Of a stretch of 64,000 nt of DNA, positions 63,961 to 64,000 are shown piece by piece (the stretch's first letter is position 1; every line of letters begins with the position of its first letter). The translations under genes were made by a program, and so were the position numbers. Below the pieces are notes generated by a model, which ran no database searches, was not told the origin of the DNA, and worked only from the letters and a program-made list of their open reading frames with translations. The DNA comes from Lytechinus pictus (Eukaryota). Where the stretch lies: contig NC_087249.1 in NCBI RefSeq assembly GCF_037042905.1, positions 51,026,001 to 51,090,000 of the forward strand, read 5' to 3'.

Positions 63961-64000
63961 TTTTCTCTTTCTTTCCTTTTTTTTGTGGGTGATACGCTCT

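Overview
AT-rich, intron-containing animal genomic DNA. The repeat content (tRNA-SINE with L2-like tail, many TTAA/TWA-flanked MITEs, frequent TACATGTA/TAGGCCTA) resembles an invertebrate deuterostome, probably a sea urchin; this is inference. Two protein-coding genes lie on the minus strand. (1) A clear ANKRD50 orthologue (52627-57393, 1588 aa: STAND/NACHT-like P-loop NTPase, ankyrin array, disordered tail, C-terminal YKKETPL PDZ ligand). Its CDS sits in one exon, with a likely non-coding first exon and promoter at ~63.5-63.9 kb. A splice donor 2 nt after the stop (TAATG|GTGAGT) appears to open a ~36-kb 3'-UTR intron region leading to a terminal exon at ~16193-13.6 kb. (2) A gene that the ORF track shows only in fragments, reconstructed here by hand from GT-AG sites: 10 coding exons (9501-1182), 2706 nt, 901 aa. 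It has S/T/E-rich N-terminal repeats, a coiled-coil built from duplicated phase-0 exons, and a single-exon, catalytically intact non-RD (HNDLKSNN/DLG) protein kinase. The rest is intronic or intergenic DNA with many non-autonomous DNA transposons, a SINE, an L2 fragment and simple repeats. No rRNA, functional tRNA or CRISPR array was seen. All splice models are predictions from sequence only.
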